A DNA stretch of 64,000 bases from an uncultured Pseudomonadota bacterium (GCA_963763385.1 CAVXOD010000003.1:66270-130269), one strand, 5' to 3'; counted from the first letter of the stretch, positions 48,614 through 60,194 are shown. Numbers and translations: made by a program. The notes: generated by a model from the sequence alone, not told the origin.

Positions 48614-50093
48614 GGCGACCTGGCGGCCGTTTTTGTTGTCTCGTAGTCCCATCCGCCGCCGAGCGCCTTATAGGTCTGCACCGCGCGTCGCAACGCCTGC
48701 ACCCGCTCGCCGGTGAGCTCGGTGCGGTTGCCGCGCCAGCTCTGTTCGGCCGAGAGGACGGCGGTGATGTCGTCGACGCCGGCGGCGAAGCGGATGCGCT
48801 CGGCGTCGTAAGCCCGTCTGGACCGCGCCTCACCGTCTTCCAGCAGCTTGATGCGGGTCTCGTCGGCGGCCAGCTCGACCAGCGCGTTCTCGGCGTCGCC
48901 GTAGGCGGTCTGCACCGCCTTTTCGTAAGCGATCACCGCCTGCTCGGTGCGCGCGCTCTGCGCCTTGGCGTCCTGCAGCAGGCGCGGGATGTCGAGCACC
49001 GGCTGGTCGAGGTTGACGCCAAGCGACCAGTAGTTGGTCTTGTTGGTCTGCGTCTGCGGAAAGAAGATCAGCCCGGCGATGGTCTGGGCGACGCCGACGC
49101 CGGGCGCGACCTGGCGGGCGATGCCGAGCGCCGGCTGCAGCGTCAGGTTGGGGAACAGCTCTTCCTTGGCCAGCTTGGTGCGCAGCGAAGCCGAGCGCAG
49201 CTTCTCGTCGGCCTCGCGCACGTCGGGGCGGCGCGCCAGCAGTTCGCCGGGCACGGCGACGGGCAGGGGCGGCGGATCCGGCACGCCCGCCACCAGCGGC
49301 AGGCTCTCCACCGGCTCCGGGCCACGGCCGACCAGGATCAGCAGCAGCCGGGCGGCGGCATGCTGCTGCGCCTTGAGGTTCTCGACCTGGGACTTGGCCT
49401 GGGCGACATCGCCGGCGACCCGGTCCGCGTCGGACTGCGGCCCCAGTCCCCGGTCGGCCTTGATCGTGGTCGAGCGCAGCAGCTCGTTCTCGATGCGCAG
49501 GCTCTCGTTCGCGTCGTCGAGTTGGATGGCGAGGCCGCGGGCCTGGAAGTAGCTGTCGGCGACGTTGGCCACCAGGCTGGCCCGGGCGCTCTCGATGTCG
49601 AACTGGCTGGCCGCGTAGTCGGCCCGGGCGATCCGGCGCGCGTCGGCCAGCGCGCCGAAGAAGTCCATCTCCCAGCTGACCTTGAAGTCGAGGTGCTCGT
49701 TGATGCTGGTCCCGCCGACCGGGCAGCAGGCCGGATGACGAGCCGAGGTTGCCGGTGTTGGTGCGCGTGGCGCCGCCGGTGAGGTCGCCGGTGGGGAAGG
49801 TCTGCAGGATGTTGCTGTTGCGGGTGGCCGCGGCTTCGCGCAGGCGGGCGATCTGGGTCTTCACGTCGGGGCTGGCGCGCAGCGCCTGCTCCTCCAGCGC
49901 CGTTCAGCTCCTCGTCGCCGAAGATCACCCACCAGCGGTCCAGCGTCGCGCCGGAAAGGTCGGCGGTTCCCGCCGGGGCCTCGTAGGCCGCCGGCAGCGT
50001 GAGATCGGGTTTGCGTGCGCCGGACGCACACGCCTGCAGCGCCAGCGCCGCGGCGCCGGACAGCAGCAGGACTGCCGTGCGGCCGATTTTCAC
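48610..50093 (-). CDS. Outer-membrane efflux lipoprotein (NodT/OprM-like; frameshifts at ~49700-49900)
   Basis: Lipobox LQAC, WW..FGD, LLARRPDV and YKALGGGW motifs. Confidence 0.9.
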
Positions 50094-50297
50094 CGGTGGC
50101 CCCCACGCGAAAGGCGATCTTCGAATCATTGGAGAATAAGGCAAACCTCGCGCGCAATCCCCCGAGCGCGGGCATGACATAGTCCTGCCGCCATGCGATT
50201 TCACGCACTTTAAGTGGTTGAGTTCGCGCCTGCGGCGAGATGGCAACATGTCCGGAATTCGCCGCCAGTTTGGTTAATATATCTTAGGGAGCGGGCG

Positions 50298-51245
50298 ATG
50301 GCGGGTGACATCCGGGCGGGAAGCATTCGGATTGGGATCGGCGGCTGGACCTTCGAACCCTGGCGCGGGGTCTTCTATCCGAAGGAAGTCAAGCAGAAGG
50401 ATGAGCTCGCCTATGCCAGCCGTCATCTGACCGCGATCGAGATCAACGGCACCTATTATTCGACCTTCAAGCCCGACAGCTGGCGCAAGTGGCGCGACGA
50501 GACGCCGGACGGGTTCGTGTTCACGGTCAAGGGCTCGCGCTTCACCACCAACCGGCGCGAGCTCGCCGGCGCCGGCGAGTCGCTGGAGCGGTTCTTCGCG
50601 CAGGGGATGGCGGAGCTGGGCGACCGGCTCGGCCCGGTGTTCTGGCAGCTGCCGCACACCAAGAAGTTCGATCCGAAGGACCTGGAAGGCTTCTTCAGGC
50701 TATTGCCTAGGGAACTGGGCGGGCGGCCGCTGCGCCATGCGCTGGAGCCCCGGCACGACAGCTTCTGCACGGCCGAATACCCCGCCCTGCTGCGCGAACA
50801 CGGGATCGCCAACGTCTACGCCCGGCACGCGAAGTACCCGGAGATCGCCGACCTGACGACCGACTTCGTCTACGCCCGCCTGCAGACCGGCGACGATCAA
50901 TGCGAGACCGCCTATCCGCCGTCCGAGCTGGACGACTGGGCGGGGCGGCTGAAAAACTGGGCCGCCGGCGGCGCGCCGGACGGCCTGCCGATCATGGACC
51001 AGGCCCATGCTGCGTCCAAAACGCCGCGCGACGTGTTCGTCTTCATCATCCACGAGGGCAAGGTCCGCGCGCCCGCCGGGGCGATGGCGCTGATCGAACG
51101 CTGCGCGGTGGTGATCCCCCACCTTTCGGTCATCGACCGGGCTTGTCCCGGCGACCCAAGAACATTGGCCCGTGGGTGGCCGCGCCAAGCGCGGCCACGG
51201 CAAGTCCCGCGTGCATGGGTAGCCGGGACTCACGCCCGGCTATGA
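50298..51245 (+). CDS. DUF72 family protein (frame runs on through a repeat)
   Basis: IGIGGWTFEPW, IEINGTYY, GPVFWQ, EPRH and YARL motifs. Confidence 0.9.
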   Translation: MAGDIRAGSIRIGIGGWTFEPWRGVFYPKEVKQKDELAYASRHLTAIEINGTYYSTFKPDSWRKWRDETPDGFVFTVKGSRFTTNRRELAGAGESLERFFAQGMAELGDRLGPVFWQLPHTKKFDPKDLEGFFRLLPRELGGRPLRHALEPRHDSFCTAEYPALLREHGIANVYARHAKYPEIADLTTDFVYARLQTGDDQCETAYPPSELDDWAGRLKNWAAGGAPDGLPIMDQAHAASKTPRDVFVFIIHEGKVRAPAGAMALIERCAVVIPHLSVIDRACPGDPRTLARGWPRQARPRQVPRAWVAGTHARL

Positions 51246-51249
51246 CCGA
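51126..51249. repeat. REP/REPIN-like element (GTCAT...ATGAC family)
   Basis: TCGGTCATCGACCGGGCTTGTCCCGGCGACCCA...TGGGTAGCCGGG..CCCGGCTATGACCGA; related to 3530-3651. Confidence 0.7.
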
Positions 51250-51385
51250 GATCAGCGAGCGTGGATCATAGCCACGCGGCCCTGCAAACTCGCCGAACGA
51301 CGGGTTGCCATCCCGGCCGTCGCATGCATTATGCGTAGCGACACTCCGCATTCTGAGACGGGGTGCGCTGGAGACGCCAGGAACC

Positions 51386-52483
51386 ATGCCCAAGCTCGCT
51401 GACCGCTATCCCTTCCCCGCCCCGGAAGGCTCGCACTGGAAGGTGCCGCAGGACTTCGACGTCGACCTTCAACTGGGATTACGACGAAGGGCGGCAGACC
51501 ATGATGGGTCTCTACCGCAAGGGCGTGGAGATGCAGTGGAACGCCGAGACCCGGATCGACTGGACCCAGGAGCTCGACGAGGACAATCCCGAGCAGCTGC
51601 CCGAGGAGATGCTGCCGATCAGCGGCATGGCCGAGTACGAGGCGATGTCGCGGCAGGAGAAGGCCAAGGTGCGCCGCCACTTCCAGGGCTGGCAGATCAG
51701 CCAGTTCATGCAGGGCGAGCAGGGCGCGCTGATCTGCGCGGCCAAGATCGTGACGCAGGTGCCGGACGTCGGATTCCAAGTTCTACGCCTCGACCCAGGT
51801 GATCGACGAGGCGCGCCACGTCGAGAGCTACAGGCGCCTGCTGGAAAAGTTCGGCGTCGCCTATCCGATGACGCCGCCGCTGCAGGAGCTGATCGACCAG
51901 GTGCTGCGCGACAGCCGCTGGGACATGACCTACCTCGGCATGCAGGTGGTGATCGAGGGCCTGGCGCTGGCCGCCTTCCAGCAGATCCGCGACCACGCCC
52001 AGAACCCGCTGGCCGCCGCGGTCAACGCCTACGTGATGCAGGACGAGAGCCGTCACGTCGCGTTCGGCCGCCTGGCGCTGCGCGACTACTATCCGCAGCT
52101 GACCCAGAAGGAGCGCGACGAGCGCGAGGAGTTCCTGCTCGAAGCCTGCTACCTGATGCGCGACCGCTTCGACGCGGTCGAGGTGTGGAAGACGCTGGGC
52201 CTCGATCCGGCCCGCTGCGCCGAGCACATGTACGACTCGCGGCTTCATGGAGATGTTCCGCTCGTCGCTGTTCACCCGCATCGTGCCGATCGTGAAGGAC
52301 ATCGGGCTCTGGGGCGAGACCATCCGCAACGGCTACGAGACCATGGGCATCATCGGCTATGCGCAGACTGACGTTCAGGCCCTGCAGGACGCCGACGACA
52401 CCATCGCCAGGGACTTCGACGCCCGGAAGAACTACGTCCAGAGCGTGGTCGAGCGCGCGACCAAGCTGGAGCCGGCGGAGTAG
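51386..52483 (+). CDS. Ferritin-like diiron oxygenase (AurF-like; several frameshifts)
   Basis: QGEQGAL, DEARH, IEGLA and DESRH diiron ligands. Confidence 0.85.
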
Positions 52484-52489
52484 CGGCCC

Positions 52490-52640
52490 CCTTCTCCCCT
52501 TGCGGGAGAAGGTGTCAGCGAAGCTGACGGATGAGGGGTCGGCGCGGCGGTTGCGGGGTGACTCCATCGAAATCCTGATGGGAAGGCGCGACCCCTCATC
52601 CGTCGCCTGCGGCGACACCTTCTCCCGCAGGGGGAGAAGG
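52490..52640. repeat. REPIN-like element
   Basis: CCTTCTCCCCTTGCGGGAGAAGG..GGATGAGGGGTC and its inverted copy. Confidence 0.8.
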
Positions 52641-52648
52641 ATTTCCCG

Positions 52649-53360
52649 ATGAAGATGCGCGAACTCGAGCAGCGCAGCGGGGTCGGGCGGGAGACGATCC
52701 GCTATTACATCGGCTTGGGTCTGCTGCCGGAGCCGTCGCGGCCCAAGCCGAACGTCGCCGACTACTCGGACGAGCACGTCCGCCGCCTCGGCGTGATCAA
52801 GCGCCTGCAGGCCGAGAGCTACCTGCCGCTCAGTTTCATCAAGCAGGTGCTCGACCGGCCGACGTCCGGCGAGATCGCGCCGCTGCCGGGGCTCGAGGGC
52901 CTGCTGGCGGCGAGCCTCGGCGTCGCCGCCAGCAACGGCGGAACGCCGTTCGCCGCCGCCGCCGCCGAGGCGGGGCTCGAGCCGGCCGAGCTCGAGGTGC
53001 TGGTGCGCGACGGCGTCGTGGTGGCGCGGGACGGCGCGCTCGCCCCGCTCGACCTCGCGATCGCCAAGGCCTGGGGCCGGGTGAGGGCGGCCGGCTACAC
53101 GCCCGAGGCCGGATTCTTCGCCGAGGACGCGCGGCTCTATGTCGAAACCCTCGAGCCGCTCGCGCGCCGCGAGATCGACCGCTTCTACGGCCGGCTGACC
53201 GGCTCGGGCACGGTCGAGGACGCCGCACGGCTGGGCCAGGCCGGCATCGAGCGCATCAACGAACTGATGGCGCTCCTGCGCACCCGCATCCTGCTGCGCC
53301 TGGTCGCCGAGATGAACGCCAGCGCTGTCTCCGGGGCAGGTCCGGGCGCGGCTCTTGACC
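52649..53360 (+). CDS. MerR family regulator (3' end uncertain, no in-frame stop found near the expected end)
   Basis: MKMRELEQRSGVGRETIRYYI..GLLP.P HTH. Confidence 0.8.
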
Positions 53361-53411
53361 GACCCGGCGTAACGGTCGCCTGCTGCCGCCAAAACCTGGG
53401 AGACACGCGCC

Positions 53412-54312
53412 ATGACGCCCGACGACCTGATGTTCAAGCCCGACCTGATGAAGGGCCAGCGGATCCTGATCACCGGCGGCGGCACCGGCCTCGGCAAGGA
53501 GATGGCCGAGGGCTGCCAGATCCTGGGGGCCGAGGTCTACATCTGCGGCCGCCGCGGCGGCGTGCTCGAGGACGCCGCCAAGGAGCTGATGGACCGGCAC
53601 GGCGGCAAGGTGATCCCGATCGCCTGCGACATCCGCGTGCCGGAGGCGATCCACGACATGATGGAGGAGATCTGGTCCGGCGGGGCGCTCACCGGCCTGG
53701 TGAACAACGCCGCCGGCAACTTCATCAGCCGCACCGAAGACCTGTCGACCCGCGGCTTCGACGCGATCGCCAACATCGTCTTCCGCGGTTCGTTCTTCGT
53801 CACCCTGGAGGCCGGCAAGCGCTGGCTGGCGGAGAAGAAGAAGGCCTCGGTGGTCTCGATCCTCACCACCTGGGTCTGGTCGGGCGGGCCGTTCACCGTG
53901 CCCTCGGCGATGTCCAAGGCCGGCCTCAACGTGATGACCCAGTCGCTGGCGGCGGAGTGGGGCAATCGCGGGGTGCGCTTCAACGCCATCGCGCCCGGCC
54001 CCTTCCCCACCGAGGGCGCCTGGGCCAGACTCAATCCGGGCAGCGCCGCCGACGGCGGCGGGGCGCCAGCAGACCGGCAGCCCGCTGGGCCGGGTCGGCG
54101 AGATGCGCGAGCTGGCCAACCTCGCGGTCTACCTGCTGCATCCGCTGTCGGAGTACGTGAACGGCCAGACCATCGCCATCGACGGCGGCGGCTGGAACGC
54201 CGGCGGCGGCGGCTTCCAGGGCCTGCGCAACTGGACCGACGAGCAGTGGGAGGCGGCGCGCGCCTCGATCCGCGGCGCCAACGAAAAAGACCGGGCGCAG
54301 CGGACGGTCTGA
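53412..54312 (+). CDS. SDR oxidoreductase, 2,4-dienoyl-CoA reductase-like (frameshift near 54070)
   Basis: ITGGGTGLG, NNAAGNF, SAMSKAG and NAIAPGPFPT motifs. Confidence 0.9.
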
Positions 54313-54359
54313 GCGACGTCCTTAATCGGCGCTTAAGGCTACGGCGGGAGGCTGGGCGC

Positions 54360-54665
54360 ATGCTCGCGCGCCTGGTTTTCCTCGTCGTCGCCCTGCCGGC
54401 CCTCGCGCTCGCGGCGGACGCCGGCGGCGGCCGGACCAAGCCTGCGCAGCCGACCGTCCAGCGCGCCGCCGCCAGGTCGGCGATCCCCACGCTGATCCCG
54501 CCAGGCCAGCACCCCGACGCCGGCCAGTGCCGGATGGGCTGCGCCCAGACCTACTACTTCTGCCGCGCCGGCGATCACCCCGACGACTGCGCCGGAACCT
54601 GGGGCCAATGCGTCGCCAGCTGCGACTCCCCGAACCTCGCGACGGGGTATTCGGCGCCGCCCTGA
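54360..54665 (+). CDS. Small secreted cysteine-rich protein
   Basis: Signal peptide; CRMGCAQTYYFC...C...W.QC..SC. Confidence 0.7.
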   Translation: MLARLVFLVVALPALALAADAGGGRTKPAQPTVQRAAARSAIPTLIPPGQHPDAGQCRMGCAQTYYFCRAGDHPDDCAGTWGQCVASCDSPNLATGYSAPP

Positions 54666-54670
54666 CGGGG

Positions 54671-54850
54671 CTCCTCCCCTCGCGGAGTGAGGGGAGGTGG
54701 CGTGTGACGAGCCCGCCAGGGCGAGACACGCCGGAGGGGAGGTGTCGGGGGGTGGGCGCTTGCCTGAGCCGCCGGTCTCCCCTTCGTCGCGCATCGCACG
54801 CTGCTCGCGTGCTCGCCAGCGACACTTCCCCTCGCCAGCGAGGGGAAGAG
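54671..54850. repeat. REPIN-like element
   Basis: Terminal IR CTCCTCCCCTCGC / GCGAGGGGAAGAG. Confidence 0.65.
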
Positions 54851-54937
54851 CGATCTGAAAGCTCAACTTACACCCCCCGCCCGCCAAGCGCAGGCGTGGT
54901 GGTGGACTTCCCGCGTCGGGCGCCCGATCCTAGGGCG

Positions 54938-55558
54938 ATGTCCGACGTCGTCTTCTTGAGCCCCGGCAAGCGCGAACAGACCAAGCTCGCCAATCGCCAA
55001 GCCATATTGGACGCCGCCCGCGCCGTGTTCCGCGAGCTCGGCTACGAGGTCGCCACCGTCCGCGACATCATCCGCCGCACCGGGCTCTCGGTCGGGGCCT
55101 TCTACAACTACTACCGCTCCAAGGAGGAGGTGATCGCCGCGCTGGCGGACGACGGCGCGCGCCGCTTCCGCCCGATCCTGCACGCCGAATACCTGAAGGC
55201 GCAGGACTTCGAGTCCTATCTGCGCGGCGCGACCCGGGCCTACTTCGAGTTCGTCGCCGCCGAGGCCGAGGCCTGGGGCAAGGAGCCGACGGCGCAGGCG
55301 TCGGAGCCCTACACGCGCAACACCCCTGAGATTCAGGCCGTGCACGAGGAGGTGCGCGCAGCGCTGGCCGGGGTGATGGAGCGCGGCCTCGCGCCGCGGG
55401 TCGATCTCGACTACCTCGCCACCGCCTGCATCGCCATCGTGCGCGAGGTCGGCGAGCGCATGGTGACGCGCCGCCCGCCCGACGTCGCCGCGGCGACGGA
55501 GTTCTGCGTGTCGCTGATCCTGGGCGGACTGGCGGCGGCGCCGCGGGTCGACCCTTAA
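54938..55558 (+). CDS. TetR/AcrR family regulator
   Basis: ATVRDIIRRTGLSVGAFYNYYRSKE HTH. Confidence 0.92.
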   Translation: MSDVVFLSPGKREQTKLANRQAILDAARAVFRELGYEVATVRDIIRRTGLSVGAFYNYYRSKEEVIAALADDGARRFRPILHAEYLKAQDFESYLRGATRAYFEFVAAEAEAWGKEPTAQASEPYTRNTPEIQAVHEEVRAALAGVMERGLAPRVDLDYLATACIAIVREVGERMVTRRPPDVAAATEFCVSLILGGLAAAPRVDP

Positions 55559-55566
55559 GCTCCGGC

Positions 55567-56613
55567 ATGGCCGACCCGGCGCTCCAGAACGCTGCGCTGA
55601 AGGCGGCGCTGTCCCTGCCCCGTCCGGTGCTCCGGCTGCTGTCCGGCGGCGGCGTGGTCTATCGCGGCGGGCGCACGCTCGACCCGCGCCTGCAGTTCCT
55701 CGCCAGCCACGGCCGCGGCCTGCCGGCGCTGGAGAGCGTGACGCCGCAGGAGGCGCGGCTGATCAGCGTGCAGATGATCAAGATGCTGGACGGGCGGCTC
55801 GAGCCCGGCGTCGCGTTGGAGCACCTGACGATCGAGACCGAGGCCGGCCCGTTGAACGCGCGGGCCTACCGGCCGGCGGTGCAGGACCCGGCCGCGCCGG
55901 TGATCGTCTACGCCCACATGGGCGGTGGCGTGATCGGCAACCTCGACACCAGCCACCTGTTCTGCGGCATCCTCGCCGCCGTGGCCAAGGCGCCGGTGCT
56001 GTCGGTCGACTATCGCCTCGCGCCGGAAGATCGCTTCCCGGCCGGGCTGGACGACACGCTGGCGGCCTACCGCTGGGCCCGGGCCAACGGCGGACGCTTC
56101 GGCGCGCCAGCCGGCGTGGCCGCGATCGGCGGCGACGCGATGGGCGCCAACTTCGCCGCCGTGATCTGCCAGGAGCTGCGCCGCCACGGCGAGCCGCAGC
56201 CGGCGCTGCAGCTGCTGGTCTATCCGGTGGTCGACGTCGCCAGCGAGACCCAGTCGATGACCACCTACGCCGACGCCTATCCGCTGTCGCGCGACCTGAT
56301 GACCTGGTTCATGGGCCAGTACCTGGGCCCCGAGGACGATCCGGCCGATCCGCGGCTGTCGCCGATCAAGCAGGCGGACCTCGCTGGTCTGGCCCCGGCG
56401 GTCATCGCCACCGCCGGGTTCGACCCGCTGGTGGACCAGGGCGAGGCCTACGCCAGGGGCTTGAACGCCGCCGGGACAGCTGTCGTCTACCGCTGCTACG
56501 ACGCGCTGGCGCACGGGTTCTGCGCGTTCGCGGGCGTCGTCCCGGCCGCCGCGGTCGCCTGCCGCGAGATCGCCGGCCTGGTGCGCGAGACCATCGAGGG
56601 GAGAGGTCGCTGA
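55567..56613 (+). CDS. Alpha/beta hydrolase (HSL-like esterase); Ala in place of the nucleophile Ser
   Basis: HMGGG, VDYRLAPE, GDAMG, FDPL.D.G and HGF motifs. Confidence 0.88.
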   Translation: MADPALQNAALKAALSLPRPVLRLLSGGGVVYRGGRTLDPRLQFLASHGRGLPALESVTPQEARLISVQMIKMLDGRLEPGVALEHLTIETEAGPLNARAYRPAVQDPAAPVIVYAHMGGGVIGNLDTSHLFCGILAAVAKAPVLSVDYRLAPEDRFPAGLDDTLAAYRWARANGGRFGAPAGVAAIGGDAMGANFAAVICQELRRHGEPQPALQLLVYPVVDVASETQSMTTYADAYPLSRDLMTWFMGQYLGPEDDPADPRLSPIKQADLAGLAPAVIATAGFDPLVDQGEAYARGLNAAGTAVVYRCYDALAHGFCAFAGVVPAAAVACREIAGLVRETIEGRGR

Positions 56614-57591
56614 TGCGGGCGTTGATGGTGGAAGAGCTGGCGCCGGACTACGCCGGCTGCGTGCTGCGCGACTTCCCGACCCCGGACCCCAAGCCCGGCG
56701 AGGTGCTGGTCGAGGTGCGCGCCGCCGCGGTCAACTTCCCCGACCTGTTGCAGACCCGCGGCGAATACCAGCACAAGCCGCCGCTGCCGTTCATCCCAGG
56801 CCTGGAACTCTCGGGCGTCGTGGCCAGGGTCGGCGAGGGCGAGCGCCGCTGGAAGGTCGGCGACGAGGTGGCGGGCGGGGCGAGGCTCGGCGGGTTCTCC
56901 GACATGGCGATCTGCTTCGCGCAGGGTCTGCGGCCCAAGCCGCCGGGCCTCAGCTTCGGGCAGGCGGCCGGGTTCGGCGCGGCGTACCTCACCGCCTATG
57001 TCGCGCTGGTGCGCCGCGCCGAGGCGCAGCCGGGGGAGTGGGTGCTGGTGCATGGCGCGGCCGGCGGCGTTGGCCTGGCCTGCGTCGACCTGGCCAAGGT
57101 GCTGGGTTGCAGGGTGATCGCCGCCTCGGCATCGGACGCGAAGCTGGCGGTGATCGAGGCCGAGTATGCGCCGGACGCCACCGTCAACGTCACCGGCGGG
57201 TTCCGCGAGCGGGTGAAGGAGATCACCGGCGGGCGCGGCGCCGACGTGGTCTACGATCCGGTGGGCGGCGACGTGTTCGACGAGAGCGTGCGCTGCATCG
57301 CCTTCAACGGCCGGCTGCTGGTGGTAGGTTTCACCTCGGGCCGGATTCCGACCATTTCGGTCAACATGCCGCTGATCAAAGGCTTCTCGGTGATGGGCGT
57401 GCGCGCCGGCGAGTATGGCCGGCAGTTCCCGGAAAAGGGCCGCGAGAACGGTGCGGCGATCTGGAAGCTGGCGGCCGAGGGCAAACTGAAGCCCCGGGTC
57501 TACAAGGAATACGCGCTGGACGACTGGCGCTCGGCGTTCGAACTCGCTGGCCGACCGCAAGGTGATCGGCAAATCGGTGATCGTCCCCTGA
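56613..57591 (+). CDS. NADPH:quinone oxidoreductase family protein (frameshift near 57545)
   Basis: VNFPD, PGLELSG, VHGAAGGVG and DPVGG motifs. Confidence 0.92.
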
Positions 57592-57608
57592 CGCAACACC
57601 CTTCGGGA

Positions 57609-57790
57609 TGCTCTTCCCCCCGCGAGTGGGGGGAAGTGTCGCAAACGAGGCCCGCCAGGGCCGATGTGCGACGATGGGGGGACCGGCGGCGCAAGGCTGT
57701 CGCTGGTGCGTCTCTCCCCTCCGTCGCGGCTCGCCTTGCCGCGGCTCGCCATCGCGACACCTCCCCTCGCCCGAAGCGAGGGGAGGAGCA
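57609..57790. repeat. REPIN-like element
   Basis: Terminal IR TGCTCTTCCCC / GGGGAGGAGCA; related to 54671-54850. Confidence 0.65.
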
Positions 57791-57805
57791 GTCAGCATCA
57801 GCGCC

Positions 57806-58846
57806 GTGAGTGTCGTAGCCCAGCAACCGCGGCCGACCCTACAGGGGCTGCAGGCGCTGCGGGGGCTGGCGGCGCTGTCGGTGGTCGCCTACCACGCGTT
57901 CCAGAGCATCGACGACCGGTTCTGGGTGGGGGCCGCCGGCGTCGACCTGTTCTTCGTGATCAGCGGTTTCATCATCTGGACCGTCGGGTCGACCGAAGAG
58001 GCGAGCCCGCGCGTGTTCTTCTGGCGACGGCTGACGCGGGTCGCTCCCGCCTACTGGCTTGTGACGGGCGCCGTGATCCTCATCGCGACGCTGTGGCCGA
58101 CGCTGATGCGGACCGTGTCGCTAAGCCCGGCGCATATCGCCTTGTCGCTGGCCTTCGTGCAGCACATCGATCCGCGCGGCCTGCCGTTTCCGGTGCTGCC
58201 GCCGGGCTGGAGCCTCGACTACGAGGCGGTGTTCTACGCCATCTTCACCCTGGTCCTGTTCGCGCCGGCGGCGGCGAGGTTCCGCCTGCTGCTGGCGGCG
58301 CTGGGCGCGGTGATCGCGTTCGGCATCCTCGATCCGCCGGCCTACTACCTGGGCGCCAACATGATGCTGCTGCAGTTCGGCGCCGGCGCGTGGCTGGCCA
58401 GACGCCGCCAGCTCGGCCGCCGCATCCTGCCAGAGATCGGCGTGGCGCTCGGCGCGATCGGCGCCCTGCTGCTCGCGGCGCAGGGCCTGACGGGCCTGCG
58501 GGACGATCTGTGGCGTCCGCTGCTCTGGGGTGTCCCCGCAGCCATGATCGTCGCTGGCGCGGTGGCGCTGGAGTCGGCGCCGCGGCTGGCGCCGCCGCCC
58601 GCGCTGCTGCGGCTCGGCGACGCCTCCTACGCGATCTACCTCTGCCACTTCGTCGCGGTGGCCCTCGTCGTGCGCCTGGTCGATGACGCACCGGCGTGGC
58701 TGTTTGTCCCCGCCGCGGTGGCGCTCTCGCTCGTGGCTGGCCTGCTGTTCCATCGCTGGATCGAACGACCGCTGATCGCGGCCTGCCGCGCCGTCCCCGG
58801 CCTGCTGGCGCGCCGGCCCGTTGCGAACGCCGCCGCCGAGCGCTGA
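57806..58846 (+). CDS. Acyltransferase family 3 (ExoZ-like)
   Basis: LQALRGLAA..V..YH, GVDLFFVISGF, WSL.YE.FY and GDASYAIYL.H motifs. Confidence 0.92.
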   Translation: MSVVAQQPRPTLQGLQALRGLAALSVVAYHAFQSIDDRFWVGAAGVDLFFVISGFIIWTVGSTEEASPRVFFWRRLTRVAPAYWLVTGAVILIATLWPTLMRTVSLSPAHIALSLAFVQHIDPRGLPFPVLPPGWSLDYEAVFYAIFTLVLFAPAAARFRLLLAALGAVIAFGILDPPAYYLGANMMLLQFGAGAWLARRRQLGRRILPEIGVALGAIGALLLAAQGLTGLRDDLWRPLLWGVPAAMIVAGAVALESAPRLAPPPALLRLGDASYAIYLCHFVAVALVVRLVDDAPAWLFVPAAVALSLVAGLLFHRWIERPLIAACRAVPGLLARRPVANAAAER

Positions 58847-58940
58847 GCGGGTGCGACAGGCCGGCGCATGCGCCGGTGCAGGGATTATTCATAATCGCAG
58901 CCGCAGAGTCGCACCAACCGCGGGTTGGGAGGCTTGATCG

Positions 58941-60194
58941 TTGTCAGCATCGGCGCTCCGCCGCGAACTCCCTGCGTCCGCGGGCGAACCGCCAGCCACC
59001 GCCGGCCTCGCCGTCTACGCCCGGGCGCTTTTCGCCGGCGCGGACCTGCAGCCGACCTGGGATGCGCTGATGGCGCGGGCGACCGCCGCGCCGCCTGACG
59101 TGGGCGCCATGCTCGACCTCTCGACCATCCTGCAACTGGCCGGCCAGCGCGAGCAGGGGCTGGCGCTGCAGGCCGACGCGCTGGCGCAGCAACGTCGCTA
59201 TCGCCGCATCGTCGGCTCCGGCGACGGCCCCCGCCTGCTGGCGCTGGTCTCCACCGGCGACCTGATGGCCTCCACCCCGATCGACTTCCTGCTGTCGGGC
59301 TGGGACGGCGTCCTGGAGCTGATGTTCGTCGCCAACGGCGAGCGCGCGACGATCGCCATCCCCGAACATGACGTCGCGATCGTCTGCGTCGGCAAGTCGG
59401 ACACCAACGCGTTGCTGCTCGACGCCCTGACCGATGCGGCCGCCCGCTGGCCGAAGCCGATCCTCAACGCCGCCCCGGGCGCGATCAAGCGCCTCGGCCG
59501 CGATCGCGCGCCGATCCGCCTCGAAGGCTGCGCCGGTCTCGACATGCCGCCGAGCCTGCGCATCAACCGAGCGCTGCTGGCGGCGCTGACGCTCGGCGCC
59601 GCGCCGCTTGGCGAGATACTGCCCGACCCGGCGTTCGCCGGCCGCGACTATCCGATCATCGTGCGCCCGGTGGGGTCGCACGCGGGCGTCGGGCTGGAGA
59701 AGCTGGATCATGCGTCGCAGATCGCCGGCTACCTCGAGCGCTGCGACGCCGAGCTGTTCTATCTGTCGCCGTTCGTCGACTACGCGGGTTCGGACGGCCG
59801 CTTCCGCAAGCTGCGCGTGGCCATGGTCGACGGCCAGCCGTTCATCGCCCACATGGCGATCTCCGATCACTGGATGGTGCACTACCTGAACGCCGGCATG
59901 GCCGAGGACGTCGCCAAGCGCGCCGAGGAAGCGCAGATGATGGCGACGTTCGACCAGGGTTTCGCCGCCCGCCACGCCAGCGCTTTCAAAGCGCTGCACG
60001 CCGCGTTCGGCCTCGACTACTTCGCCATCGACTGCGCCGAGGACCGCCAGGGCCGGCTGCTGGTGTTCGAGGCCGACACCGCGATGATCGTCCACGACAT
60101 GGATCCGCCGGACCTCTATCCCTACAAGGCGCCGGCGATGATGAAGCTGTTCGCCGCGTTCCAGGCGATGATCGGCGAACGCGCCGCGCGTTGA
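58941..60194 (+). CDS. ATP-grasp-like hypothetical protein
   Basis: YPIIVRPVGSHAG.G, FVDY..DG.FRK.R, LDYFAIDC and LVFEAD motifs. Confidence 0.7.
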   Translation: MSASALRRELPASAGEPPATAGLAVYARALFAGADLQPTWDALMARATAAPPDVGAMLDLSTILQLAGQREQGLALQADALAQQRRYRRIVGSGDGPRLLALVSTGDLMASTPIDFLLSGWDGVLELMFVANGERATIAIPEHDVAIVCVGKSDTNALLLDALTDAAARWPKPILNAAPGAIKRLGRDRAPIRLEGCAGLDMPPSLRINRALLAALTLGAAPLGEILPDPAFAGRDYPIIVRPVGSHAGVGLEKLDHASQIAGYLERCDAELFYLSPFVDYAGSDGRFRKLRVAMVDGQPFIAHMAISDHWMVHYLNAGMAEDVAKRAEEAQMMATFDQGFAARHASAFKALHAAFGLDYFAIDCAEDRQGRLLVFEADTAMIVHDMDPPDLYPYKAPAMMKLFAAFQAMIGERAAR

